This document shows positions 10,688 to 18,900 of a DNA stretch of 32,000 bases, one piece after another. The position numbers and the translations under genes were made by a program. This DNA comes from Candidatus Electrothrix yaqonensis (GTDB lineage: Bacteria > Desulfobacterota > Desulfobulbia > Desulfobulbales > Desulfobulbaceae). The notes beneath the pieces were generated by a model, which was given only the letters and a program-made list of their open reading frames with translations, searched no databases and had not been told where the DNA came from. Position 1 is the stretch's first letter. Each line of letters opens with the position of its first letter. The stretch is taken from assembly GCA_047651235.1 (NCBI GenBank), contig CP178758.1, positions 630,001-662,000 on the forward strand. The letters run 5' to 3'.

Positions 10688-11006
10688 ATGGAGAAAAGTG
10701 AAAAAGGATTTGTTCCCACCGCGCTGCTGTGTTTCTTTTTGGGCGCGTTTGGTGTGCACAGATTTTACGTCGGCAAAATCGGCACCGGAATTTTGATGCT
10801 TCTGACCCTAGTGCTCAGTCATAGCTAAATTTTAGGATTGCTATCTCCAAATAAGATACGAATATTAAACGAGTGCGATATGTTCAACCCTAAATTTTAG
10901 GCTTTACAAAGCACTAGGCGGCTTGGGAATCTGGGCGCTTATTGATCTTATTATGATTATTGTCGGTTCGTTTACAGACAAAGATGGGCGGGTGATAAAA
11001 AACTGA
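10688..11006 (+). pseudogene. TM2-domain membrane protein gene interrupted by a MITE
   Basis: MEKSEKGFVPTALLCFFLGAFGVHRFYVGKIGTGILMLLTL then runs into the insert and stops at 10826-10828. After the insert the same frame continues GGLGIWALIDLIMIIVGSFTDKDGRVIKN*. Removing 10812-10917 restores a 70-codon TM2-domain ORF. Confidence 0.75.
10812..10913. mobile_element. 102-bp MITE flanked by a CTAG target-site duplication
   Basis: CTAG at 10808-10811 and 10914-10917. Imperfect terminal inverted repeats of about 25 bp (TGCTCAGTCATAGCTAAATTTTAGG versus the reverse complement TGCTTTGTAAAGCCTAAAATTTAGG, 18/25 by eye). AT-rich, with no coding capacity. Confidence 0.65.
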
Positions 11007-11073
11007 CCTGCAGACTGCACGGCCTGTATCTGTTCCGTCTGTTCCGGCAGTCAGAAAGAAAGCCGGGATACGC

Positions 11074-14000
11074 TCAATGCTCCCAGGACCAGAGCAGGTC
11101 GGCACCGCTTGTTTTTGCATTTGTTGCTGTTTCAACGGAAAAACCGTATTTCAAATCATACCGGGCTTTGAAGGTTCCTCCGGCACCGGTCAGATCCTTA
11201 CCGTAACTGATATACAGATCCTTATAGATCTCTTTTCCCATCACCAGCGAGACATCCGAGGCGTCATCTCCTCCGCCTATGCTCAGATCCACCAGATTTT
11301 CCATATCCAGGGTTCCGAGAGGATCAACCTGCTTGAGGAGCGCACCGCCGCCGACCTTGCCCAGGGTGGCGGCCGCCGGAGAAAGGGCTGCATCTTGTCC
11401 GGACGAGGACTTGGAGATATCCTGACCGGTCAGCAGATAAGAAAGGATCTCAGAGTCCTCCATCGGGGTATTTGAATACAGCCTCATATTCATGTCATTC
11501 ACTTTGCCTGCTAGGCGGAGGCCTACTTCAATTTTATCTGTTTCCCTGGATGCCTGAATATCCAGTCCCGGATCATCTATCGGGCCGCCCTGATAAAAAA
11601 CCCGTCCCCGGCTGAGCTGCAGAACATTTCCTTCAAATTCAAACGTGGCATCACGCAGATCCAGGCTACCGAGCCCGGTGACAGGGCCTCCGGGCTTTGC
11701 GTTGATCTGCAGGCTGCCGTCCAGAAACCCTTTCAGTCCGAAGGTATTTAACGCCACTTCTTTGCCCATGACCAGCTTGAGATCAAGGAATATGGGCGAG
11801 GTTCCTTGCTGTTCGGTTCCGTCTTCATCAACCACAATTACATCCTTGGAGGAAGAAACCGCTCCGCTGAATCCCACAGGTGCTATTGTGGCTTTGGGCA
11901 GAACCACCGTGCCGTTGAGCGTAGTGCCTGTTTTACCATAAAGCAGATGAAGATCCGGGCTGATCACCACCCGGTACTCCGGAAGGTTGACTGCCTGAAA
12001 ATCTTTCCCTGAAAGAGTGAAATCGGCGGTCCACTGCTGGTCGGTGTTCTGCTGAATAAGATGCTGAACAACGCCTTCGGCCTGAAGAATTCCTGCCCCG
12101 GAGGCTAACTGCACTTTCACCTTGTTGGACCGGCCGTTCCCTTCAAGTCCGAGGCTTATTTTTTTAAGGTTGATACCGGCTGCCGGAAGATAAATTTCTC
12201 CCTCCCTGTCGGCACTATTGGTGAGTGCTATCTCACCGTTCAGGCCGGGGCTGCCCGCTGTTCCGGTGAAACGGACCGTCCCGGCAAGACCTCCGTTGGC
12301 CTGAACCGCATCATTGCTGAAGCGGGCGAAAGGCTGGAGATCCCTGATGTTCAGATTCAGCTGACCGCTCAGGGGCATTGCTTCAGGTTGACTGAAATCT
12401 CCGCAGTTTTTTACTGTAACATCCAGATCCGTATCACTGCCGTCCTGAAACCGGGTCTGCACCTGCAGCATGGCGGTATTCTCACGGAGGCGGGCAGTTA
12501 TTTTGTTATCCTCCCAGCGCCAGACGGTTTTGCCGCTTTTTTCCTCTGCATCTTCCGCATCATTGACCGTGGTCAGGCTAAGCTGCGGCAAAGTGACTGT
12601 CAGCTCTGCCTGCTCCGGGATGGCGCCTTTGCCCTGTGCTGTCAGCGATACGTTTGCCATGCCGTCGAGATCAGGAACAGGCAGATCCCATTCCTTGAGC
12701 AGACTGAGGGCAAAATCTTTGGCCTCAGCGGAGTCTACCTGCCAGCCATTTTCTTGGTTCCATGTTCCACTGAGTGCGATCTGCAGGGGATCATGACCAA
12801 GGGTAAAATCGGTTACTGCACAGTCTGTTGCGGAGAAAAGCAGCTCCGCCGGGCGCAGGGTTTTCCAGTCGCCGAACTGCCTGCTGAACAGGACGAGCTC
12901 AGTCAGTTTTCCCTGCCATTGTTGTTCCTGCATCCCGCCTGCCGCCGTAAGCTGCGCCTTGCCCCGCCTGCTGTCTGCAGAAAAATGCAGGGTATGCTGC
13001 TCCGTGCTGCCCTGGACCTGCAAAGAGGCCCTGCTGATTTCTTCCTCTTTGATGCGCAGCCCGTTGATCCTGATTTCTGCATCAATTACTCCGTTCTTTG
13101 CCAGGTCCGCTTTGATTCTGCTGTCCAGTTTATTCACGCTGTAGTTCTTAAACTGCAGGGCGGATGCCTGCAGGTCCAGCGCCAGATCAGGCTGCTCCCG
13201 CGTGCCGCTCAGCTTCCCCTGAACATGAAACTGTCCTGCAGCATCGGGCAGAAACGTTGCCAGTTTCTTTGCGTCCGCCTGAAAGGTGAGATCAAACTGA
13301 CCGGTCGGATCAGCCGAGCCGTTGACCTGCAGATCAGCAGTTCCCAACTGCAGGTGCAGATTATCCAGCAGCACGGCTGTGCCGTTGATCTGTGCCCTGC
13401 CGCTGCCGCTCAGGGGATGGCTGCGCAGTTCTCCGTCCAGCCGGTCAAGCCGGACATCCGCCACCAATTTGTCTGCGTCTTTCTTTCCCTGACTCCGAAT
13501 TGCAGCGCTGATCTTTCCCGGCCATTGCGGGAGAAACAGGGACGGATCAAGCTGTTTGCCGGTCAGTTCCGCCTGCCAGGACAGGCCGTCTCCCCAGCCG
13601 ATATGACCGGTCGCGCTGAGGGGCATGGCCTCATTCAGGAGCAGAGAGAACTTGTTGATTGTCATGCCGCTCTCCTTCCCCTCCATGATCAGGTCGGCAT
13701 CGAGTTCACTCTGCAGATTACGGAGAGCATAGCCGTTGATATCAAGATCGGTTCCCTGCAGCGAGACAGCAATGCCGGGATTCTTCGGGTTGCCGTTTGC
13801 CGTGCCCTGGAGTTGAATGCTCCCGCTGTATTCCGGCAGAAAGGCGGAAATATCCTCTGCCGAGGCCTGAACTGCGAGATCAAGCGAGGCGTCTGCGGCA
13901 ATGCGTCCGTCAACCTCTGCACGGGCTGACCCGGCCTGCAGTTTGAGGGTCTTGAGGTTTATTCCCTGCTTGTCCAGTTCCATGCCGCCGCTGCCTGTCA

Positions 14001-15249
14001 GCGGGAACCCGAGCAGCTCGCCGCGCAGTTGGTCGATATTCACAGAGAGCTCTTTGCCGGAGGCCGTCAGTTTGCCCCTGCTGCGGATCAGCCCGCTGAT
14101 CTTGCCCGGCCATTGTGCCGCAACCAGGGAGGGATCAACTTCCCTGCTTTCCAGTTCCGCCTGCCAAGAAAAACCACCTTGCCAGTGCATCATTCCCCGC
14201 AGGGTCAGAGCGGATGCCCCGTGCGAGACGGTGAGAGAGTGAATGGTCAGACCGGCATAGTCTGCCGCAGTCACTTCCGCCTCGGCCCGCACAGCCGGAT
14301 AGCCCTGATAATGGATGTCCGCAGCCAGGGTACCTTGGTAGCTGCCGGTCGTGCCGGAGGCCTCCACAATTGTCAGGGCACCATCGACTGGCACATCCAC
14401 CTTGATATCATTGAGATGGAAATGTCCGGTTTTGGCCTTGGCCTGCCAGTGCAGATCAGTGAGGATGTCGGTCAGTTGCCCCTGGAGAGTGACTTCGGCC
14501 GGAGCAGCAAGGGCAAGATCAACAGCAAGCCGGTTCATATCTCCTGCAGCCTTGAGCGAACCCTTGAGATCGTTGATGCCGGGATCAGCGACCCGCCATG
14601 TTCCCTGCAGGCTCAGAGGCCAGGCATCATGGAAAGCGACCTGTCCTTGGAGATCAGCCCCGTATTGCGGGCTGTCCAGTTTGAGCCGTTGAATATCAAC
14701 CCGGGTCTTCTGCTGCGTGTTTCTGGCAGAAGCCCGGAGCACAAATTCACGAATAACGAACGGCTCTGCTTTGCCGGGAGAAAAGATACGCCCGTCACGG
14801 AGCTGCAGATCCTCGATGTCTATGGCAAAGGGAAGCCTGATCTCCGGCAGCACGGGCGGCCTGTCTTTCTCCTGTTCCTTTTCTCTGCCGGATGCAGGAC
14901 GGACCGTGAGTCCCTGTGCAGCGACCTGATGCAGGACCAGCCGTTTTTCCAGCAGCTTTTCCGGGGACCAGCTGAGCCGCAGTTCGTCCGCTGCAACATC
15001 CACCGTGTCCTGAAGATGCACCTGAACTTTTTCCAGACGCCAGCGGCTCAACAGATGCCCCTCAATCTGGTGCACGGAAAATACCGAACCACTGAGGCGA
15101 TCCGCCGTGCGCAGCAGCAGCTGAAACCCGGGTTCCGTGGTCAGGGCGACAACAAACGCAATACCCAGCAGGGCAAAGAGGAACAGGACGGAAAGACATT
15201 TCCGTAATAGGCTAAAGCTGAAGACAGCGGCTGTTTTTCCGGACTTCAT
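11074..15249 (-). CDS. tamB: Translocation and assembly module subunit TamB (AsmA-like, DUF490 C-terminus)
   Basis: 1391 aa with an N-terminal signal anchor (LSVLFLFALLGIAFVVALT), a long repetitive beta-rich body, and a C-terminal DUF490-type end (…LYISYGKDLTGAGGTFKARYDLKYGFSVETAT…). Confidence 0.85.
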   Translation of the reverse strand: MKSGKTAAVFSFSLLRKCLSVLFLFALLGIAFVVALTTEPGFQLLLRTADRLSGSVFSVHQIEGHLLSRWRLEKVQVHLQDTVDVAADELRLSWSPEKLLEKRLVLHQVAAQGLTVRPASGREKEQEKDRPPVLPEIRLPFAIDIEDLQLRDGRIFSPGKAEPFVIREFVLRASARNTQQKTRVDIQRLKLDSPQYGADLQGQVAFHDAWPLSLQGTWRVADPGINDLKGSLKAAGDMNRLAVDLALAAPAEVTLQGQLTDILTDLHWQAKAKTGHFHLNDIKVDVPVDGALTIVEASGTTGSYQGTLAADIHYQGYPAVRAEAEVTAADYAGLTIHSLTVSHGASALTLRGMMHWQGGFSWQAELESREVDPSLVAAQWPGKISGLIRSRGKLTASGKELSVNIDQLRGELLGFPLTGSGGMELDKQGINLKTLKLQAGSARAEVDGRIAADASLDLAVQASAEDISAFLPEYSGSIQLQGTANGNPKNPGIAVSLQGTDLDINGYALRNLQSELDADLIMEGKESGMTINKFSLLLNEAMPLSATGHIGWGDGLSWQAELTGKQLDPSLFLPQWPGKISAAIRSQGKKDADKLVADVRLDRLDGELRSHPLSGSGRAQINGTAVLLDNLHLQLGTADLQVNGSADPTGQFDLTFQADAKKLATFLPDAAGQFHVQGKLSGTREQPDLALDLQASALQFKNYSVNKLDSRIKADLAKNGVIDAEIRINGLRIKEEEISRASLQVQGSTEQHTLHFSADSRRGKAQLTAAGGMQEQQWQGKLTELVLFSRQFGDWKTLRPAELLFSATDCAVTDFTLGHDPLQIALSGTWNQENGWQVDSAEAKDFALSLLKEWDLPVPDLDGMANVSLTAQGKGAIPEQAELTVTLPQLSLTTVNDAEDAEEKSGKTVWRWEDNKITARLRENTAMLQVQTRFQDGSDTDLDVTVKNCGDFSQPEAMPLSGQLNLNIRDLQPFARFSNDAVQANGGLAGTVRFTGTAGSPGLNGEIALTNSADREGEIYLPAAGINLKKISLGLEGNGRSNKVKVQLASGAGILQAEGVVQHLIQQNTDQQWTADFTLSGKDFQAVNLPEYRVVISPDLHLLYGKTGTTLNGTVVLPKATIAPVGFSGAVSSSKDVIVVDEDGTEQQGTSPIFLDLKLVMGKEVALNTFGLKGFLDGSLQINAKPGGPVTGLGSLDLRDATFEFEGNVLQLSRGRVFYQGGPIDDPGLDIQASRETDKIEVGLRLAGKVNDMNMRLYSNTPMEDSEILSYLLTGQDISKSSSGQDAALSPAAATLGKVGGGALLKQVDPLGTLDMENLVDLSIGGGDDASDVSLVMGKEIYKDLYISYGKDLTGAGGTFKARYDLKYGFSVETATNAKTSGADLLWSWEH

Positions 15250-15306
15250 AGATGGAGAACGTATGAGTTGGCCACTTGGTGCGGAACATCTGCCGCATAC
15301 CCTCCC

Positions 15307-16380
15307 CTAGGCCAGCCGCACATCCAGCACATCCACCAGCCTGCCGGAGTAGTCGTTACGGATCATATCCCATAAGGCGGTGTAGTCGTTGACCGTGACC
15401 TCCAGAGTGCTGACTGCCGAGCCGCTGAACCCGGGCAGGATGTATTCGCCGTTCTGGGTCACGGTCACCTGGTCCGCAACCAAGCCTCCCTCCGTCATGT
15501 CCAGCAGACTGAAGCGCAGGCAGTTGTCCGCCAGATCCTGGATCACCTGAATGCGCAGCATGGTGTCCGCGCTCACCGTGCCGCCGTTGATGCCGACATG
15601 GGCTGTCAGGCTGCTGCCGGTGAGGATGCCGGTCTCCGGCACTGTGGGCAGGCCCAGCCCGGGCACGGTCAGCGGGGTGCGGAGCATCCGGCCGCAGGTG
15701 CCGGTGCGCAGGGTACCGTGCTCGGTGTAGCGGGTGGTCACGGAAAGCCGGTATTCGTTGTTCCAGGGATCCTCCTGGGCAGGCACATCAGGCATGAGCA
15801 CGATCTCGCTGTTGGTGATGGTGCCGACCCGGCTCTGCACCGCACTGCCGCTGCGGGTGCCCTCGATCAGGCAGTGCTGGCCGCTGTCGTTGCGGTCGAA
15901 CAGGAGATTGCAGCCCGTGATGCGGAGCATGCCGTCCGGGCGCAGCACATCGCGCAGCCCCAGCACTGTGTCTTCCGCAGCAGTAATCACCGGCGCCTTC
16001 TCGGTCGCAGCCAGGCGCTGCGTCTGCGCATTCCGGCGGAATTCCGTGACAAAAGGAGCCGAGACGCGGACGTTGAGCTGCAGGCACTGGTCCGGCGGGG
16101 GCAGCGGGTCGTCCGGGTTGTCCAGCCTGGCCGTGAATGAGGGAAACCAGGTGCAGCAGCCCTCCTTGGTCACCTGCTCGCCGCTCAGCAGCCGCAGGGC
16201 AATGACCTCATCCTCGGTGTCGAGCAGGGTCAGGATGTCCTTTCTGCTGAAGTTGGGATGGCGCAGGGCAATGTCCGCCGCAATCTCCTCCCGGCCTGCC
16301 GAGCCGCGCGGCACAAAACGGATGCGGTAGGACAGGGGCGTGGTCAGCGGATTCTCCTCGATGGTGTACTGAATGGACAT
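15307..16380 (-). CDS. HU-like (HU_HIG-type) N-terminal domain / DUF4469-like Ig-fold protein with an extra C-terminal region
   Basis: The N-terminus SIQYTIEENPLTTPLSYRIRFVPRGSAGREEIAADIA…RKDILTLLDTEDEVIALRLLSGEQV and the following …FPSFTARLDNPDDP…LQLNVRV…LRITGCNLLFDRND…LRTGTCGRML follow the architecture I recall for Bacteroidota HU-like+DUF4469 proteins. It is visibly more GC-rich than its neighbours. No HMM check was done. Confidence 0.45.
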   Translation of the reverse strand: MSIQYTIEENPLTTPLSYRIRFVPRGSAGREEIAADIALRHPNFSRKDILTLLDTEDEVIALRLLSGEQVTKEGCCTWFPSFTARLDNPDDPLPPPDQCLQLNVRVSAPFVTEFRRNAQTQRLAATEKAPVITAAEDTVLGLRDVLRPDGMLRITGCNLLFDRNDSGQHCLIEGTRSGSAVQSRVGTITNSEIVLMPDVPAQEDPWNNEYRLSVTTRYTEHGTLRTGTCGRMLRTPLTVPGLGLPTVPETGILTGSSLTAHVGINGGTVSADTMLRIQVIQDLADNCLRFSLLDMTEGGLVADQVTVTQNGEYILPGFSGSAVSTLEVTVNDYTALWDMIRNDYSGRLVDVLDVRLA

Positions 16381-16438
16381 GGCTGTTCTCCGTAAAGGTT
16401 AAGTACGAGCTGTGAACATACAGATGCTGCAGGTATTC

Positions 16439-16467
16439 ATCCTAAAAACGGGCAGGGGACTTGTCAA
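16439..16467 (-). promoter_or_regulatory. Putative sigma70 promoter for the 15307-16380 gene
   Basis: On the minus strand: TTGACA (16467-16462), a 17-nt spacer, then TAGGAT (16444-16439), about 60 nt upstream of the ATG. Confidence 0.35.
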
Positions 16468-16530
16468 GAGTATGCTGTATTTCTTCGGCATCCTGATGGC
16501 GGTTTCATGCCGGACCGGTTGACGCTTCCG

Positions 16531-16622
16531 GAGTCATAGGGTTGACTCGGCGCGAGTCATAGGTATGGTACGACGGGAGTCATACTGTTGACTCGGAGGG
16601 AGTCATAGGTATGACTCAGGCG
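16531..16622. repeat. Four tandem 23-bp repeats, each with an imperfect palindrome GAGTCA-N6-TGACTC
   Basis: The units start at 16531, 16554, 16577 and 16600, an exact 23-bp phase. They read gagtcatagggttgactcggcgc / gagtcataggtatggtacgacgg / gagtcatactgttgactcggagg / gagtcataggtatgactcaggcg. Confidence 0.9.
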
Positions 16623-16725
16623 GCATCGTAGGGGCGGCTCCCTGTGGCCGCCCTGATACGGGCGGATGCGGCAACGGGCAATCACGGGGGATTGCCCCTA
16701 CATTGCCCTGCCTGCCCCTGCATCC

Positions 16726-18105
16726 CTACCGCCCCTTCATCGCCGCCCGCAGCTCTTCCAATGCCTTGCGGTCGCTCCCCAGATCAGGATGACCAATGGC
16801 CTCATCAATCTCCACGGTACGGGCCATGTATCGCTCCGCCCTGGCAAGGTCGCCCTGATCCTTATAGATATGACCGATGTTCCAGCTTGTCACTGCTTCC
16901 CCGTATCTATTGCCTATCTCCTGCTGAATTGCCAGACTCTGCTCGTAATACTTCAATGCCGTGGCATAGTCGCCCCGTGCCTTGTAAATCTGGCCGATGT
17001 TATTCAGGGAATTATCTTCCCCGGCCCGGTCGCCGATCTCTTGGCGGATGGCAAGGCTCTGCTCCAGGTACTTGAGGGCCGTGTCGTACTCGCCCCGTGC
17101 ATCGTAAATCTGGCTGATGTTGTTCAGGGTGGTGCCTTCCCCGGCCCGGTCACCAATCTCTTGACGGATGGCAAGGCTCTGCTCCAGATACTTGAGGGCC
17201 GTAGCGTACTCGCCCTGAGCATCGTAAATCTGACTGATGTTATTCAGGGTGGTGCCTTCCCCGGCCCGGTCGCCGATCTCCCGGCAGATGTCCAGGCTCT
17301 GCTCCAGATACTTGAGGGCCGTGGCATAGTCGCCCCGTGCATCATAAATCTGGCTGATGTTGTTCAGGGTGGTGCCTTCCCCGGCCCGGTCGCCGATCTC
17401 TTGGCTGATAGCAAGGCTCTGCTCATACAGGGGCAGGGCCTCGCTGTACCGGGCAATGCGGTACAGGTCATTGCCTGCCTCGTTCAGGTAGTAGGCCCGA
17501 TCCTTCTTCTCCCCCTCCGGCAGCAGGGCAGCAGCCTTTTGCCAGTACTCTGCCGCCTTGGCATAGCGCAACTGTACTTCCTGCAACTTAGCCTGGTCAA
17601 CATTGGTTGTGGCCGCAGAGATACGCCGCTGCTTGGCAGCCTGCTCCAGCTCCTCAATAGCCTTCAGGTCAAGGGCCTCTGCCTGATTCAGCAAGTCCTC
17701 AGCCTTGTCGTACTCACCCGCCTCAATGGCCTGCCCAGCCTCCTGCTTCAGGCGTTGCACCTCCGGGTCTTCGGACTGCACTGTTGCCAGCCGGGCCAGC
17801 AGTTCCTTGTGGGTGGCGGCAATCTCCCGTAGCTTGGCATCCAAGTCATCACGGGGTATCTGTTGCTCCTCCAGTATCTTGAAGAAGTTGCGCAGTGCCA
17901 GGTCGGTAATTGAGAGGTGATCCTTCAGCTCATCAGCGCGTTCCTCGGAGATGCCGTAGTGCTTATTTACCGTCACATTACCGGTGCCGGAGAAGATGCT
18001 GTTATCTCCATCCACCTCCTGCCCGATGTTGTCCTGCCTGCCTATCGCCCCATCGCCCTGAGCAATGTTCTGGTCACCGTCCCTGTTGTCGAATCGATTG
18101 GTCAT
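16726..18105 (-). CDS. TPR-repeat protein, paralog 1 (G/D/N-rich N-terminus, coiled-coil region, five 40-aa TPR-pair units)
   Basis: 459 aa with repeats of IGDRAGEGTTLNNISQIYDARGDYATALKYLEQSLAIRQE (TPR_12-like). RBS GAAGG lies 7 nt before the ATG, and the gene starts 21 nt after the vapC stop. Confidence 0.85.
   Translation of the reverse strand: MTNRFDNRDGDQNIAQGDGAIGRQDNIGQEVDGDNSIFSGTGNVTVNKHYGISEERADELKDHLSITDLALRNFFKILEEQQIPRDDLDAKLREIAATHKELLARLATVQSEDPEVQRLKQEAGQAIEAGEYDKAEDLLNQAEALDLKAIEELEQAAKQRRISAATTNVDQAKLQEVQLRYAKAAEYWQKAAALLPEGEKKDRAYYLNEAGNDLYRIARYSEALPLYEQSLAISQEIGDRAGEGTTLNNISQIYDARGDYATALKYLEQSLDICREIGDRAGEGTTLNNISQIYDAQGEYATALKYLEQSLAIRQEIGDRAGEGTTLNNISQIYDARGEYDTALKYLEQSLAIRQEIGDRAGEDNSLNNIGQIYKARGDYATALKYYEQSLAIQQEIGNRYGEAVTSWNIGHIYKDQGDLARAERYMARTVEIDEAIGHPDLGSDRKALEELRAAMKGR
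16810..17409. repeat. 5 x 120-bp coding tandem repeat (TPR units) in paralog 1
   Basis: 120-nt periodicity is visible directly (…ggtggtgccttccccggcccggtcgccgatctc…cttgagggccgt…). Confidence 0.85.
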
Positions 18106-18126
18106 GGTTGCCTTCTGCTGGCTTTG

Positions 18127-18516
18127 TTACCAGATCAGCTCAACCGGGTAGGCGGGAAAGGCCCGGTCGCAGCTGATGATCGGCAGCCTTTCGCAGATGG
18201 CCTGGGCAATAATCAGCCGGTCAAACGGGTCTCTGTGATGCAGAGGGAGGTCAAGCAGCCGGGAGAGATGGTCGGGGTGTATCTGGAGCAGCCTGATCTG
18301 ATGCACTTCGATCTGCTGCGGGATAAGGGGGTCAAAGGGCTGAGCAAGCTCCAGCTTGCCGATAGTGATCTTGATCGCGATCTCCCAGAGGGAGGCCAGA
18401 CTCAGGTACAACCTGTTGTCAAAGTCCTCCATAAGGTCGCGGGCCGGGCGGCTCAGACGCTCGCTGCCGCCGATGAACCAGAGGAATGCGCAGGTGTCGA
18501 GCAGCACCCGCATCAC
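18127..18516 (-). CDS. vapC: PIN-domain toxin VapC
   Basis: MRVLLDTCAFLW…SLWEIAIK…HHRDPFDRLIIAQA…IISCDRAF shows the acidic PIN residues in the usual positions. It overlaps the upstream antitoxin by 4 nt. Confidence 0.85.
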   Translation of the reverse strand: MMRVLLDTCAFLWFIGGSERLSRPARDLMEDFDNRLYLSLASLWEIAIKITIGKLELAQPFDPLIPQQIEVHQIRLLQIHPDHLSRLLDLPLHHRDPFDRLIIAQAICERLPIISCDRAFPAYPVELIW

Positions 18517-18737
18517 ATATACTCCTCAAAGTCATCCGGGGTTCGGTCAAAGTCCTCGGCTATGCTGATCAGACCTTTTGCGCTGCCGAACTGCCGCTTC
18601 CCGGCCGGTTTTTTCCGTACAGCCACCAGCCTGACAATGGGCTGTCCTTCCCGGGTGATGATGATGTCGCTGCCTGCAACCGTCCGTCTGAGCAGGTCGG
18701 CAAAGCAGGTCTCCGCCTTCTTGATATCTATGTTCAT
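18513..18737 (-). CDS. Phd/YefM-type antitoxin partnered with VapC
   Basis: MNIDIKKAETCFADLLRRTVAGSDIIITREGQPIVRLVAV…GSAKGLISIAEDFDRTPDDFEEYM is the typical prevent-host-death fold plus DFD tail. The internal ATG at 18737 with a GGAGG RBS was used rather than the ORF-track start at 18821. Confidence 0.8.
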   Translation of the reverse strand: MNIDIKKAETCFADLLRRTVAGSDIIITREGQPIVRLVAVRKKPAGKRQFGSAKGLISIAEDFDRTPDDFEEYM

Positions 18738-18900
18738 GCTTTCCCAAGCGCCTCCGACCGGGTTCCTGTTCCATCGCCTCTGCTGACTGTAGATTGTACT
18801 CGGTGCGCCGCGTTTTATCAAGGGCCTGCCCCTATTGCCCCGCGATGAATCACGGGGCTCTTATCAGTTGTCCCTCCGGGACAGGGAAAACAGGCCGTCC

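Noticed and set aside
10914-11135. A 73-aa minus-strand ORF spanning the 3' part of the TM2 gene and the tamB end.
   Set aside because: It overlaps the tamB stop region and the reconstructed TM2 reading frame, and it has no motif support.
11077-15207. Long plus-strand ORFs antisense to tamB (for example 12388-13929 at 513 aa, 14029-15207 at 392 aa, 11077-11475).
   Set aside because: They lie entirely inside the strongly supported 1391-aa tamB ORF. Their translations are low-complexity, R/C/Q/L-rich and lack motifs, which is typical of shadow ORFs in GC-rich coding DNA.
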